Positions 15,606 to 27,515 of a DNA stretch of 64,000 nt are shown here, in pieces. The notes under the pieces are model-generated. The model was not told the DNA's origin, did not search any database, and saw only the letters and a program-made list of their open reading frames with translations. The stretch is from a virus. The DNA lies in the IMG/VR virus record IMGVR_UViG_3300045988_126669, positions 33,217 to 97,216 of that record; one strand, written 5' to 3'. The first letter of the stretch is position 1. Each line of letters begins with the position of its first letter. The position numbers were made by a program, and so were the translations under genes.

Positions 15606-16631
15606 TTATTTTTTATTAAATAATAATTCTTTAGTTAATTTTTCGCCATGATAACGGACTAATCCATCAATACTTTTCTAACTTAACTCTTTTACTTGAC
15701 TAATTCTTTTTTCTTTTTCTTCAATAGTAAAACGATTTATAAAATCAGCAAAACTCTATGGAGAGAACTATTTATCCTTTAAAATTTTTAACCACTTTAT
15801 TATAGTAGCATATTTCTATGGAGATCCGCCTTCACCTTTAACCGCATATTGAATCTTTCCCCCAGACACGTCTCCAATTAAAAATCCATTCATATTATCA
15901 GCATTAATTGCACCCATAGTAGGATCTAACATAAAATAATCAATATTTGTTTCAAGATCTGAATTAAATTTAATATTATTTATATAAAAAGATACAAATG
16001 CTTCATTAATAGGACCACGAGTAGACATTGTATATCCTTTCCACTAATTTTTATACCATAATATTCTCTTTTTATATTTATTATATCTTAATTCCACTTG
16101 CATTGCTGTATTCTATAGTCCTTTATTATCATCATCTGGCAAAGCATTTTTTAAATTTTCATAATGCTAATTCATATCATATTCTAATTTAGCATAATTA
16201 TAACCCTATACAGATGTTTTTTCAACTGCTTGAATATTTTTTATATCATTATCCATTAATCTAATCTCTCTTTGGCCTGTAATTGGATCAACATAAACAG
16301 CAGTAATTTTTATTTCTTGACTTAAAAACTCATTAATTAAATTCTATAAATTAAAAAATTCCTAATAGATTAATATTTTTTTCTATTCTAATAAATTTAA
16401 AGTCATAGTCATTGATTTATTTATTTTACTATTATGCTTTTTCTAAATATTATCAAAAATAGTAAAATGTTTAATTAATATTTCTGATGATTTTCTTATT
16501 TTTTCGTATAATTCTTTAAAATGTTCCTACTATAACTACTCTTTTACCATATCTTCAGTCCAATAAATAAAATCCTCAGCAATTTTCTAACTTTCTTGAC
16601 TATTATTACTATAATTATTTTTAATTACCAA
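15606..16631 (-). CDS. tail-associated protein (341 aa) with ~17 in-frame TAG codons (~5% of codons)
   Basis: TTG start after an AAAAGGAGG RBS. There is no TAA/TGA for 1 kb in 25%-GC DNA. It contains track ORF 15816..16028 and ends at TAA 15606. Confidence 0.5.
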
Positions 16632-16663
16632 ATTTAATCCTCCTTTTCCACATAACGAAAAAA

Positions 16664-16695
16664 TGGGAGAGAATATTTCTATTCTCTCCCATTAA
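16664..16695 (-). terminator. intrinsic terminator after the major-tail-protein unit
   Basis: aatgggagagaatagaaatattctctcccatttttt on the minus strand. Confidence 0.5.
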
Positions 16696-16878
16696 TTAAT
16701 CTTTTTTATCTAATTCAGATAAAATCTTACTTACCTCATCTTCCTATTGAAGAACTACTTCCTCAATAGGCTCGATAAGCTCTTTCTTTACAGCCTTTTC
16801 TACTTTTGGCTGCTTTTTAGTAGATTCTTTTTTAGGCTGTTTTGGTGGAGTATATTTTACTGGACCTTTTACAACCAT
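16696..16878 (-). CDS. small Lys/Glu-rich 60-aa protein
   Basis: GGAGG RBS then an ATG immediately after the major-tail-protein stop. The ORF also contains one in-frame TAG that is read through here; the first TAA/TGA stop is at ~16696. Confidence 0.4.
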
Positions 16879-16883
16879 ATTAA

Positions 16884-17867
16884 TTAGCCTCCAACAGCAA
16901 TGGTGCTGTTAGCAGCGGTCTTTCTACGAATATCGTTGTCAACAGTTTCGTCTTCTTCAATAATCTGAATAGCAGCCAAAACTTTCTTACTATGATCGAA
17001 ACGAGTATAGTCAGGGAATGCATCCATAGTAAAGGTGAAAGTGGAAGGATCACCAGAAGAAGCCATTGTAAAGTTAAAGTTGGACTGAATCTTACAGTTA
17101 GGAATAATAAATTCAGCAGGCATATCTACACCATCTTGATTACGGAATAAAGTAGAAGCTTCAAGATAATAGTTACCACCAAATTTATCAGCAGTAATTT
17201 CAATCTGCTTAGCACCAGATTCACGCTCAGTGTAATAATCAACCATTACAGAGTCGCATTTAGCATAATCATTCTCTAAATCGTTAGTAGTATAAGCCGC
17301 TCCAGTAGAACGAGCAAATCCCTTTACGGTAACACTAAAACCAGTGTCTCCAGTGGTAACTCCTTCATGTGCTAAATAAGGCTCAGAAATAATTTCGCCA
17401 TCCTTCATGAAGAAAACATAAACATAATCGTCATCTTTATGTTCATTATCAAGATAAGGGGCATAAGAGACAGGAATAATTAATCCATCAGTTTTAATGT
17501 CTTTTTCAGTATTAGCAGGGACAATGTCTTTAGTCTTATCAACAGTTTGAGTAATATGTTGCTTAATCTTATTGTTAGCAGAAGCCTCAACAAGACCAGC
17601 ACCGGAAAGAATCATGAAACCTTCAGGAGAAATAAGAGCATCTTCCATTGTGAAGGTAACAGTACGCTCGCCTTCCCATGCGACTAAGTTAGTATTACCA
17701 CGTCCACCTTGTGCGTATACGGTGGTAGCAGCGCCTTCCATACTGGAAGTCTTTAAAGTGTCGAAATAAATAACTGGCTCATTCTTATAAAATTGCTTAT
17801 TACCAATTTTTTGATTAGCCTTTGCCTTTAAAACGACATCGCAAATTTCGCGTACACCAAATTTCAT
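16884..17867 (-). CDS. putative major tail (tube) protein, 327 aa, no TAG, GC-richer codons
   Basis: Intact ORF with a GGAGGAAAAAAACCTATG start. Its position (after the head-tail genes, before chaperones and tape-measure) and its high-expression codon bias fit a major tail protein. Confidence 0.5.
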   Translation of the reverse strand: MKFGVREICDVVLKAKANQKIGNKQFYKNEPVIYFDTLKTSSMEGAATTVYAQGGRGNTNLVAWEGERTVTFTMEDALISPEGFMILSGAGLVEASANNKIKQHITQTVDKTKDIVPANTEKDIKTDGLIIPVSYAPYLDNEHKDDDYVYVFFMKDGEIISEPYLAHEGVTTGDTGFSVTVKGFARSTGAAYTTNDLENDYAKCDSVMVDYYTERESGAKQIEITADKFGGNYYLEASTLFRNQDGVDMPAEFIIPNCKIQSNFNFTMASSGDPSTFTFTMDAFPDYTRFDHSKKVLAAIQIIEEDETVDNDIRRKTAANSTIAVGG

Positions 17868-17891
17868 AGGTTTTTTTCCTCCTTAAAAAAT

Positions 17892-18617
17892 TTAATGGAT
17901 ATTTTTCATCCAGTTATCCGGCTTATTATCAGGCTTCGCGCCCGCTAATCTAGACCGGATATCAATATCCCAATTAATATAAAGTTGATATCTTTCAACA
18001 AGGTCATAGAGTTGGAACATTGTTAAATCCATTAAATCCTGTAAAGACATTGAATCAAGACCTATAGTAAGCATTGAAAGATACTAACTAAATATACTAG
18101 CATTAGCCGTGCCGTTTAATTCAGCGACACGTTGTCTACCTCGCATTAATTTATCGGCTATCTTTTTCGCGGCCGCATTTCCAGGATTAAATCCCATTTC
18201 TTGCGAAGCATTAGATTTAAAACAAAATATTTCTTTAATATATTCCTATAATATATTAAAATTGCTTTCATCAATCATTATTTGTGGGTCACCTTGTAAA
18301 ACAATTGACCTAGGGGTAAATAAAATATTTTGCTTTGGAAACAATAATGTAAGAACCTACATAGATGCTTGTTTTTTATCGGCCATCTCTTTTTCTTTCA
18401 TCATTGTCATAAATATCTAAAAATTATTTGTTTCTCTTAAAAGACTTTCGCCCGAATTCTCTATTATGTTTTTATCAATACATAAACACTAAATCCCCAA
18501 GAAAAGATCTTTTTCACCTATAAAAGAAATTTCTTTTATAGATGGCTAATGAATAGTGACTTCTAATTCAGGTATTGGTAAATCAATACCTGTCATTAAA
18601 CCAAGTCTAATATCCAT
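17892..18617 (-). CDS. head-tail joining/connector-like protein (241 aa, ~7 TAG)
   Basis: ATG overlaps the upstream stop as TAATG. Continuous in frame through TAGs to TAA at 17892. Confidence 0.45.
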
Positions 18618-19198
18618 TATTCTTCAGTTCTTTTTTTAAAATCTTCTATAAATCTTTCCTCGTCATTAGGATTTGGCATAGATTTTTTATCTTCTTCACC
18701 ATGAACTGCCTGATACATAAGACATAAACCAGCATATTCATCAGTTAAAATAATTTGATTTGCCCCAAGAAATTCTAACTTACCGATACCAGTTAAATGT
18801 GTTTTATCTATCATACTGTCAATTTCTGCAGCGATACGATAAGGGCGCAATTGATAATCTTTTAAATGCCATTGATCAAAATGACAAATAATATCGAATT
18901 CAATAATATTATCTCTAAACTCAGGATTTCCACTTTGTGTAAAATTATCAAAATTAATAATTACATAATTTAATACACTTCCATCAACATAAAGTTTAGG
19001 AATTAATTTAATATTTTTATTAAATAATTGAATCATTTGTTCGTCATTTAAATCTGGCTTATCAATAGCATCTTTTGTTGTATAATATAATAAGCGCTTT
19101 AATCTCTCATTTTTGCAGAGATGTTTTACAATAATTTCTAAATCTTTTTCAACAGAAAGAAAACTTGATTTAGGTAAATTTACACCATTAATTTTCAT
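18617..19198 (-). CDS. head-tail module protein (193 aa)
   Basis: Intact ORF with an AAGGAG RBS and a TAA stop. Confidence 0.55.
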   Translation of the reverse strand: MKINGVNLPKSSFLSVEKDLEIIVKHLCKNERLKRLLYYTTKDAIDKPDLNDEQMIQLFNKNIKLIPKLYVDGSVLNYVIINFDNFTQSGNPEFRDNIIEFDIICHFDQWHLKDYQLRPYRIAAEIDSMIDKTHLTGIGKLEFLGANQIILTDEYAGLCLMYQAVHGEEDKKSMPNPNDEERFIEDFKKRTEE

Positions 19199-19213
19199 AA
19201 CACCTTTTACTCC

Positions 19214-20278
19214 TTAAAACAATGATTGAACTACAATCGTTTTCTTATGGTCTCCATAACATAAATCGAACTATCCGCTATATCCAGAAGCCCAACTTAT
19301 TTCAACTGTTGGCTTTTTTGCTTCTTTAATAACTTTTAAAGAAACCGGCAACTTTTTATTATTTTTTATTTCCCATTCTAAAATAGCTTTACCATCAAAA
19401 TAATAAGTATAAGTTTTCTTTGGAAAAATAAATGTTTCCCCTATAATATCAGTTGTCGTAGGATTTGGATCAATTGGTTCTGTAATTAAAGAACCAACAG
19501 TCTTATCGTCTAAATTGTCTTCCTACTCATTAGTATAATATTCAGTCGCATTGATTTCTAAAATGCCAGGCATACTTATAGAATCTACAGCTTCAACACG
19601 CCAACAAATTAAATTGTCTCCCTCATCCTAACTATCTAAATAAAATTTAGTATAACGTTTAAAATATCTTAATGTATCTTTATTTTTTGGCATTAAAATA
19701 TTTAATGAATAATTAGGATTATCTATACTAATTTCATGTTTCTGAATATAATTAATTTTCGTTTCTACAGGACCGCGAATTGCTGCATAAGTAGATTTCT
19801 TCTCTCCCTCATCTACCCAATTTATTTTATAAGAGCATTTTCTAATATCTCCTCTAAAATAAGCTAATTCAGTCAAATCCTAAAGATAACAAATCCAATA
19901 GGTATTAGTTCCACACCATTCAAAAATATCTCCCGGTTTAAACTAATATTTATTTCCAACAGACAAAATCTTGTCATCATAATCCTATTTTAATTTATTA
20001 GGATTAATCAAACACCTAATAGGTTTTTTATATTCCGCATCCTATTTAATGATTTCCGCGGCTTGGTATGAATTCCATACTGCTCTATCTAAACTTCTGC
20101 GCTTAGATAAAATCATACGCTCTTGTTGGCGGTTTCCGCCCATCTGACCGAGCCGAACCGCTGTATAATTAACGCCTTCAACAGGGCTACCTTCAAAGGG
20201 TGGTTTATCATAAATTCCTAAGCGACCTTGTTGTAATCTAAAAGGTTGCTTACTACTATAATCAAACCCTGATGCCAT
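19214..20278 (-). CDS. head-tail module protein (354 aa, several TAG)
   Basis: ATG 20276-20278 with an AGGAG RBS. It includes ORF 19628..19876 in the same frame. TAA at 19214. Confidence 0.45.
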
Positions 20279-20559
20279 AATTTATCTCCTATAAAAGACT
20301 AATCGTTTCAAATACAGTCTTACGATAAAAATTAAAATCAGTATCTTGATTCTACAATCCCTCAAGTTTGTTTAATAACTATAAATAAAGGGGTTCAGCG
20401 CTAAAAATCACACTAAACCCCACAATTTCATTTATAACAGTTTCTAGCTATTTATGCCAATCTTCATTATTTTCGCGCATTGGAATTAATTTCCATAATT
20501 GATTGGTTAAGCGCAAACAATTTACTTTTATACTCTCTATTGGAATATCAAAATTATAT

Positions 20560-21132
20560 TTAGTAATCATATCGACTTTTAAACACATCCCAATTAGATT
20601 CATATTCACCTTTATTATTTAAACGTCTACGTTTATATAAACGCTACATATGGTGAGATTGTCTTTGGCATTCACCTAATAAGTTTAATAACTTTGATAA
20701 ATGATTTGCCTAAGAAGTAAATTTAAAATCAGAGCCACTGTATTTCATTCGAGTGTTCTCAATTGAAGTGACTTGTCTTTGCGTCCAACCACACATCATT
20801 AAAATAGCTAAAATATTAATTTCTTCTTCAGTTAGATCACAATTAAAGCTGGATCTATCAACTAAAACTTGAGGTTCTTCACCCGGTTCTGGAAGTTCTC
20901 CCCATACTGTTCCTACAATAAAATCATCTGGCATAGCATCAGATTCGTTAATAGTAGCAACATCTAAATTATAATCTAAAAGATTTTTTCGCGGAAATTC
21001 AAATCCAGGAATAGCATCTATTATAAGATTCTATAAATCTCTTAGAGTATCTTCAGGAGTCAATTCCAGATACATATCATCAGTAACCTTGTTTAGAAAG
21101 CGATTATAAACAGTTGAGAATAATGTTCCCAC
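20560..21132 (-). CDS. head completion-like protein (190 aa, several TAG)
   Basis: GTG start after an AGGAGGG RBS. Contains ORF 20710..20934. TAA stop. Confidence 0.4.
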
Positions 21133-21151
21133 TTAATCGCCCTCCTATAAA

Positions 21152-21745
21152 TTATTTCTTGGAGGAAGTTTCCTCGGTTTTATTAATTACTTTATATCCA
21201 GAACCGCTTGTACGACGACCTTGAGTAATAGGTTCTTCTCTTACTACACGGCGCTTAGCAGCGGGTTCTTTCTCTACAATAGTATCTTCTTCTTTACTAG
21301 CGATATCATTAGCAATAGCTTTATCAACATCAAACCCAGTTTTTTCCTTCAAAGCTCTACGCTTATTAATATCAGTAATAGGAAGGCTAACAGATAGATT
21401 CTTGATTAAGTCAATAATTCCAATAGGAGCAAAATCAAGAGCATCTAAGAAAGCATCTAATGAGCCATTAAGAATTAAATCAGCAACTTGTTGCTCTGAC
21501 ATATTATATTCAGGTTCAGTATGAACATTAAGAGTATGAGTTACTTCTGGCTCTAAAATTTGTAAAAAATTAGCAATTAATTCGCGGCCGCCCGCCTGAT
21601 AAGTTAACTTCTCTAGCTCACCAAATGGAATGCGCTTAGTTTCACCGGGCGCAAATTCACGACGCAAATTAGTATCAGGAATAGTATAAACAACTACACT
21701 AGTGCTTCTATTTTTTACATTATAAATATCTTCATTATTAATCAT
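21152..21745 (-). CDS. hypothetical head protein (197 aa)
   Basis: Intact ORF with an AAAGGAG RBS and a TAA stop. Confidence 0.5.
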   Translation of the reverse strand: MINNEDIYNVKNRSTSVVVYTIPDTNLRREFAPGETKRIPFGELEKLTYQAGGRELIANFLQILEPEVTHTLNVHTEPEYNMSEQQVADLILNGSLDAFLDALDFAPIGIIDLIKNLSVSLPITDINKRRALKEKTGFDVDKAIANDIASKEEDTIVEKEPAAKRRVVREEPITQGRRTSGSGYKVINKTEETSSKK

Positions 21746-21831
21746 TATTCAATTTCTCCTTTTACTCATAAAACAAAAATATGGGGAGAGGGAGTTTAAT
21801 CCCTTCTCCCCATGGAATAATTTATATTAAA

Positions 21832-22938
21832 TTAGACAGTACCGTCAAGGCGACCATCATAAGTGATAACCTTACCAGTAACTCCATCATAATTCCAAGT
21901 ATACATCTGACCGAGAAGTGAAGTATCAACATAAGCACAGATGTTATTGGCAAGCATACAAACTACGCCAACCTTCTTGTAAACCTGAATCTCACGAGAA
22001 CGATCATAATTGTTGAATTCATCAACAATAGTGCCACCTTCGAAAGCAATCTTTACAGGCTTACCATCAGCGCCCGTAGGAATAACCCAAGCATAACCAG
22101 GATCAATAACCTTACGAGTATTGGTTTCATCTTCAAAGCCCTGCTCAAGAATAATAACCTTAGTACCCTTGTAAGTGGCAAGACGACCATTATTCCAAAG
22201 CTCGTTCTTCATAGCTTCAGTATATCTCCAAGCCTCATGAGGAATCATCTTAACAGCAAACTCATAAGTACAATAAATAGTAGGAGTACCATAAGCAGAA
22301 GCAATAGTGATCAAACGATCCATAGCAGCTTCATCAAATCCGGCAGCCGCAACGCGGTTAGCAGGAGGAAGCTGATTGATAGAAGATCTAAGAGCAGCAG
22401 CGACTTCTTTATAAATAAGTTCATCCATACCATCCATGATGATCTTGGTTACTTCACCAAAATCAACACGACCATCAAGGAATTCTTCGAAGCCAATCTG
22501 AGCAGCTCCGCCGATAGCGCTAGTGCGTACCTCGAAGGCTTCATTCTCTTTAGGTCCGAGCTTGAAGACTTCATAAATACCAGCAAGACCAACGCGAGTT
22601 ACAAACTGCTTAGCACGAGCACGATTATTAAGAGGACGGCGGAAAATAGGCTTATCACCCTGAGCGAAAGTCTTAACCTCAGCAAACTGATCATATTGCT
22701 GAATAACTTTCTTAGGAAGAACCTCATCAAGAGTCTGCTCAATCATAGAGAAAATAAGATTCTTATTTTCACGATAAAGAGCGTAAGTACCAGCCAACTC
22801 ATTCATTTCATTACGAAGAGTTTCATTTAAGGCTTCATAACTAAGATTTTTTCCCTCATAACTATAAGCAACAGGAGCAGAAGGATCAGCCTTAGCAACT
22901 TGCTTCATAAGAGCAATTAAATTATTTTTATCTAACAT
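21832..22938 (-). CDS. putative major capsid protein (HK97-fold-like, 368 aa, no TAG)
   Basis: Intact GC-richer ORF downstream of the scaffold-like gene. Size and position are typical of a major capsid protein. Confidence 0.55.
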   Translation of the reverse strand: MLDKNNLIALMKQVAKADPSAPVAYSYEGKNLSYEALNETLRNEMNELAGTYALYRENKNLIFSMIEQTLDEVLPKKVIQQYDQFAEVKTFAQGDKPIFRRPLNNRARAKQFVTRVGLAGIYEVFKLGPKENEAFEVRTSAIGGAAQIGFEEFLDGRVDFGEVTKIIMDGMDELIYKEVAAALRSSINQLPPANRVAAAGFDEAAMDRLITIASAYGTPTIYCTYEFAVKMIPHEAWRYTEAMKNELWNNGRLATYKGTKVIILEQGFEDETNTRKVIDPGYAWVIPTGADGKPVKIAFEGGTIVDEFNNYDRSREIQVYKKVGVVCMLANNICAYVDTSLLGQMYTWNYDGVTGKVITYDGRLDGTV

Positions 22939-22955
22939 TATCCTTTTCTCCTTTC

Positions 22956-23873
22956 TTACTTAATACGCATTACCTTGACGCCCTTTTGACCATCAGGCAT
23001 AGTATAAACTTTAACAACCTGCCAAGTCATTGAATCGTCGCCAGTTTTGCTAAGAATACCCTTTGTAGCAGCAGAAGGAGAAAGCTTATCTCCAACAGCA
23101 AGAGTCTCTTCATTAATCATATTAGTAGTATAAAGATCACCAATCATGGTCTTAAATACACGAGGAACCATAGAAGTGCCAGATTCCATGAACTTCTCAT
23201 GGTAGATACCCAACTTATGATATGGATCATTGGTCCAATTCATTTCATACATATCAGGAACATCAGTGAGAACCTTATCATAGTAATACTTTACAGGAAC
23301 ATTAGCAACCTGATGATTACTATCAAGAGTATATTCATTACCATCATAAGTAAATTTGCCGGTTTCATCGACATCATAAACACGACCAGCAATAGTAACA
23401 GTCTTTAAGCCCTGATCTGCGGAAACGGTCTGATTGATTAACTTATAAGTTTGACCCTTTTCATCAACGCCATTCCAGAAACGACCACCGTATTCAACCT
23501 CGGTATGCTCCCAATCATAAGGGCTATAAACACGAGCCTGATAGTCATCTTTAATCATAGCAAATTCGCAGTCCCACTGCTTACTGCCATCATAATGATC
23601 ACGATAAAGCTTAATCTCGTTATAAACGAGCATCCATTCACCTTCGCCAGTGAAGTTGACTTCGCCGATACCATTACCATTAGCAGCATAGTCATACTTT
23701 ACAAACTGACCGTTTTCAAGAATCTCAATGTCTTTATTGGCAGGAAGTTGAGCATAGATTTGAGCATTTCTTTGCGCGGAAAGGTGATTAGGCTCGACCT
23801 GACCGTAACCAAACTCAACATACTTTGCCTGAGACTTAATAGGAAGATTCTTATTCAAAAAGTCTTTAAACAT
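22956..23873 (-). CDS. capsid-associated/decoration-like protein (305 aa, no TAG)
   Basis: Intact ORF with a GGAGGACATACTAAATG start and high-expression codon usage. Confidence 0.5.
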   Translation of the reverse strand: MFKDFLNKNLPIKSQAKYVEFGYGQVEPNHLSAQRNAQIYAQLPANKDIEILENGQFVKYDYAANGNGIGEVNFTGEGEWMLVYNEIKLYRDHYDGSKQWDCEFAMIKDDYQARVYSPYDWEHTEVEYGGRFWNGVDEKGQTYKLINQTVSADQGLKTVTIAGRVYDVDETGKFTYDGNEYTLDSNHQVANVPVKYYYDKVLTDVPDMYEMNWTNDPYHKLGIYHEKFMESGTSMVPRVFKTMIGDLYTTNMINEETLAVGDKLSPSAATKGILSKTGDDSMTWQVVKVYTMPDGQKGVKVMRIK

Positions 23874-23890
23874 TTAGTATGTCCTCCTTA

Positions 23891-25474
23891 TTAATTTTTG
23901 TTGGCGGTAGCAAAAGCCGCCTTCACCCAAGCGGGCATATCATCATCTTCTGAACCATTATTGTTCAAATTAAAAGTAGTAGCACCATTGGGCTTATTAT
24001 TTTCGTCAAGGTCGAAACTCACCTTGTTGCGAACACAAATAACAGATAATTTAGCTTCAATATCATCAAGAGAATATTTATCAATATTTTCAACAACATC
24101 AGCTTTATCTTCATCAGAAAGCATATAGAATTTAGCAATCATATCTTCTTTATCTTTCTTCTCAGCAGCATTTTTAAATTCAGCAAGTGGAGCAATTTGC
24201 TCTTTCAAGCTATTATTTTCAGTTTCAAGAGCTGCAAATTTAGTCTGTAATTCATCATACTGAGCTTTAAGTTCAGTATATTCAACAACTTCTTCAAGAG
24301 AATAATTCTTCTTTTTCTTTTTATCATCATTCTCACTATTGTCGCCTTTATCAGACTTATTAGAGGGTTCCCCGTTATCAGGGTTCTTTTTATTATCATT
24401 GCCCTCTGATTTATTATCAGGGTTTTGGCCGTTAGATTTATTATTTTTGCCCTCTTCCTCAGCCTTTTTCTTTGAAGCATAATCAGTCTCAAAAGCTTCA
24501 ACATCAGCAAGAGCAAACTGAGGCTCTGTTGCCGGAGTATAAGACTTAGTTACTTCAGTTAAAGCGTCAGAAGGAACAAAGCCTTCTACATCGGTAAGAG
24601 AAAAGTCCATGCGATAATATTTTTGGTCTTGTCTATTTTGAAGAATAGCAAACTTTTGTCCCGCATCTTCATAAACGCCTTCAATGCGATAAATAGAACA
24701 ATAACTACTAGGCTCGCCAGGATATTTAGTCTCAACATAAGACCAGAGAGAATTCCACAAACTATCGCCAATTTCAACAGCATATTGTGTAAACACTTTG
24801 GGTCCTCCTTCTTTCATAAATTCTTTAAGTTCATTCATCATGGAGAACAAAGTGTTCTTAAAACCATCATCGAATGAAAAATTCACATTGATTTGGGAGC
24901 CTTCGAAACAAGGTTCATTTTCTTCTCCCAAAATACAAAGTTTAGAAATAATTGCCTTATTTATAATAAAAAACTAAGGCTTTCCATTACTATCTTTTGC
25001 CCACGTGGCATTTAATGTGTTTTTATCAAACTCCATAGACTAATTATTGCCTTTATCAACTACACGTTTACATTCAGGATACTAACCAGTCCATAAATAA
25101 CCCTCAGTCATTAAATACTCACGTTCGGCAACACCATCATCCAAAAATTTCTAAAACCAAACTTTAGCTCCAAGATCAACAAAACCATAAGGGCGAGTAT
25201 TATCTCTCATTCTAAATTCGCCATTAGATAATTCAATTATCCTATTATGTTCTTCAAAATCTTCGGTATTTTCATTAAAAAAACCAACAATAGGACTACC
25301 AGGAAGGCTATTAGCCATCTCAATTGCTACGTCTTTAGTAATTACGCTTTTATTGCGATTAGGTTTATCATCTACATAGCAAACCTTAATTTGGCATTTA
25401 GAAATTAAAGGATTTACAGGAGTTATATTTATAAACTCACAAGGTGTATTTAATTTAATACTTGTATGTTTCAT
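23891..25474 (-). CDS. scaffolding-like protein (527 aa) with a K/N/D-rich low-complexity linker and coiled coil; TAG-recoded
   Basis: GGAGGATTTATG start at 25474. I walked the frame through TAGs into track ORF 23891..24931. Confidence 0.5.
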
Positions 25475-25483
25475 AAATCCTCC

Positions 25484-27133
25484 TTATTTCATTGCTTCTT
25501 TATTTTGAATAGTTTTTTCACTTTTCTAATCGTCAGGTTTTTCCGGACGCCCTGCCTCACCATTAGAAGCTTTAGCAGTTCCAGAACCTGAGCTTCCTGA
25601 ATTATTTTGAGTTTTATTATTAGATGATGAACCTTTTAAACCCAAAATATCTTCACTACCCATAGTAGAACTCATAAGAGGAGGAATCATAATTTCACTT
25701 AAATGTAAAATCTCATTTTCAAAATGAGCTGCATTAAGAATAAAACTCTACGAATGTCCAAGAGCAATCTAAGACAATAACTTTGATTGTCCCATTTGCG
25801 CTTGTTCTTTATACATTTTAGAAAGTGTTTGATAATTATTCTAAGTAGTTTCTAATAAATAAAATCTAAAATTATATTTCTTATTACTACTCTTTTTTTC
25901 AATAATTCTATTAAAAAATATATTAAACTATAAAATTAAACTTCTTATTGTAGATTCATCATTTAATACTGATTTTTCTAAAGCCATATTACCATCAGTA
26001 TTAAATAAATTCTATGAAATACCTAATGAATTATAAACACTACGTTCAACTTTAGCTAAATCATCTGTCGTTGTAGTAGTATTCTTATCAGACATATCAA
26101 TAGAATCTACGTCAGTAAATGTAGTTAAAACATCTACTCCAATAGCCCTCTATAACATCTAAACGGCATTATTATGGATATCTCTGGCTTCATCGACATC
26201 AAATATCAAATCACCATTTTTATCCATTGGGAGCTTTTGGACTAAAATTTTAAGTAACTTCTACATTTGTTTCTTGCGGTCAAGATCTTGCGCCGCATCT
26301 AAATCCATAATAGTAGGAATCGAATTTACAAAAATAGGAACATCACTATTATTAATATTAAATTTAACACAATTTTCTGGTTCAAGAACATACCAACTAC
26401 CAGTATGCTAGCATCCAACTGCCTCTTCCAAAGCAAGTTTTCCTTGTTTATATAGAACATAACCTTTAGCAAATTCTTCTGGGAATAATTTTAATACTTT
26501 TAAACGATAATTCATATCTCTAAAAGTATCAAAAAATCGCATATCAAATTCAACAACTGGGGTATTATTTACACTATAACGTGTTCTACAATATCTAACT
26601 GGTAATTCTTGTAAAATTAGATTTTTCTCTGAAGGAACTATATATCCATAATAGCATCCATTTTTAACAACTTGTAAAGCAATATCTCCGCAAACCTTTT
26701 TAATATAGCTATTATCAAAATAATTCAACATTTTATAAAAATCTTTTAAAACTTTTTCTTCTTTTACATTGTCATCATAAGTTTCGGCTGCAATATACCA
26801 ATCATAACGATATAAAAAAGCAACATAATTACAAACTCGTTGATATACACCACTTATATCATAATAAAAATTAGAGATGTATCGCAAAGCATTTAGATCT
26901 CTTTCTGCGAGCGCGCGAAGCACATCAGGTTTCGTGATAATACGATTTTGACCTGGATATCTAATCTTACTATAATCACCAAGTTTTAAAATAGCGTCAT
27001 CTAAAGTTTTTGTGCCAACTTTTATTTTTCTATTGGCATAGTCCATGGTATCATTATAATTATATTCATAACGACCATTATAAATATCAAAACCTTTAGC
27101 ATGAATCTATTCATTACGATCTTGCGTATCCAA
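25484..27133 (-). CDS. portal protein (549 aa), TAG-recoded
   Basis: TTG start after an AAAGGAGG RBS. Contains ORF 26408..27046. Stop TAA 25484-86 checked. Its position after the terminase large subunit supports the call. Confidence 0.55.
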
Positions 27134-27146
27134 AGTTCCACCTCCT

Positions 27147-27503
27147 TTAATAACCTGCTAATTTCATTATATAATCATAAGAAATAAGGTTTTCGTCGGT
27201 ATATGGAATCTCTATTAATCTAAAATCATGTAAAGCGCAAAAACGTCTTTTTTGATTATCATTATATTGCTACTGGTATAAACCGCGCTTTCCACCAAAT
27301 TTAGAACTGGCTTCATAATGCTATTTTCCCTAATACTCAATAATGAAATCAATTTTTCCATCATCATCAAATATAACAAAATCAAAACGAAGCGGACGCC
27401 CGCTTGGGCTTTTTAAATCTGGAAAGATGTATTCCATTTTAAAAGGTAGTCCTGCTTCTTCTAAGATTTCTTCAATTTTAATTTCTCCTCTTGAAGCACG
27501 CAC
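27147..27503 (-). CDS. free-standing PD-(D/E)xK (DUF559/Vsr-like) endonuclease-like protein, 118 aa, between terminase and portal
   Basis: GTG after a GGAGGG RBS. The motif RFDFVIFDDDGKIDFIIEYQGKQHY parallels the C-terminal domain of the gene at 57055. Has 3 in-frame TAGs. Confidence 0.45.
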
Positions 27504-27515
27504 TTTCCACCCTCC

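Noticed and set aside
1-16600. Apparent gene desert (only short ORFs) in the first 16 kb
   Set aside because: It is not non-coding: fragments share frames and are separated only by TAG codons. It is a recoded structural region, not intergenic DNA or pseudogenes.
23199-23894. Plus-strand track ORFs 23199..23408 and 23451..23894 (Ile/Leu-rich) inside capsid genes
   Set aside because: They are antisense to the intact, ribosome-binding-site-bearing minus-strand genes 22956..23873 and 23891..25474. They are low-complexity translations of AT-rich antisense DNA.
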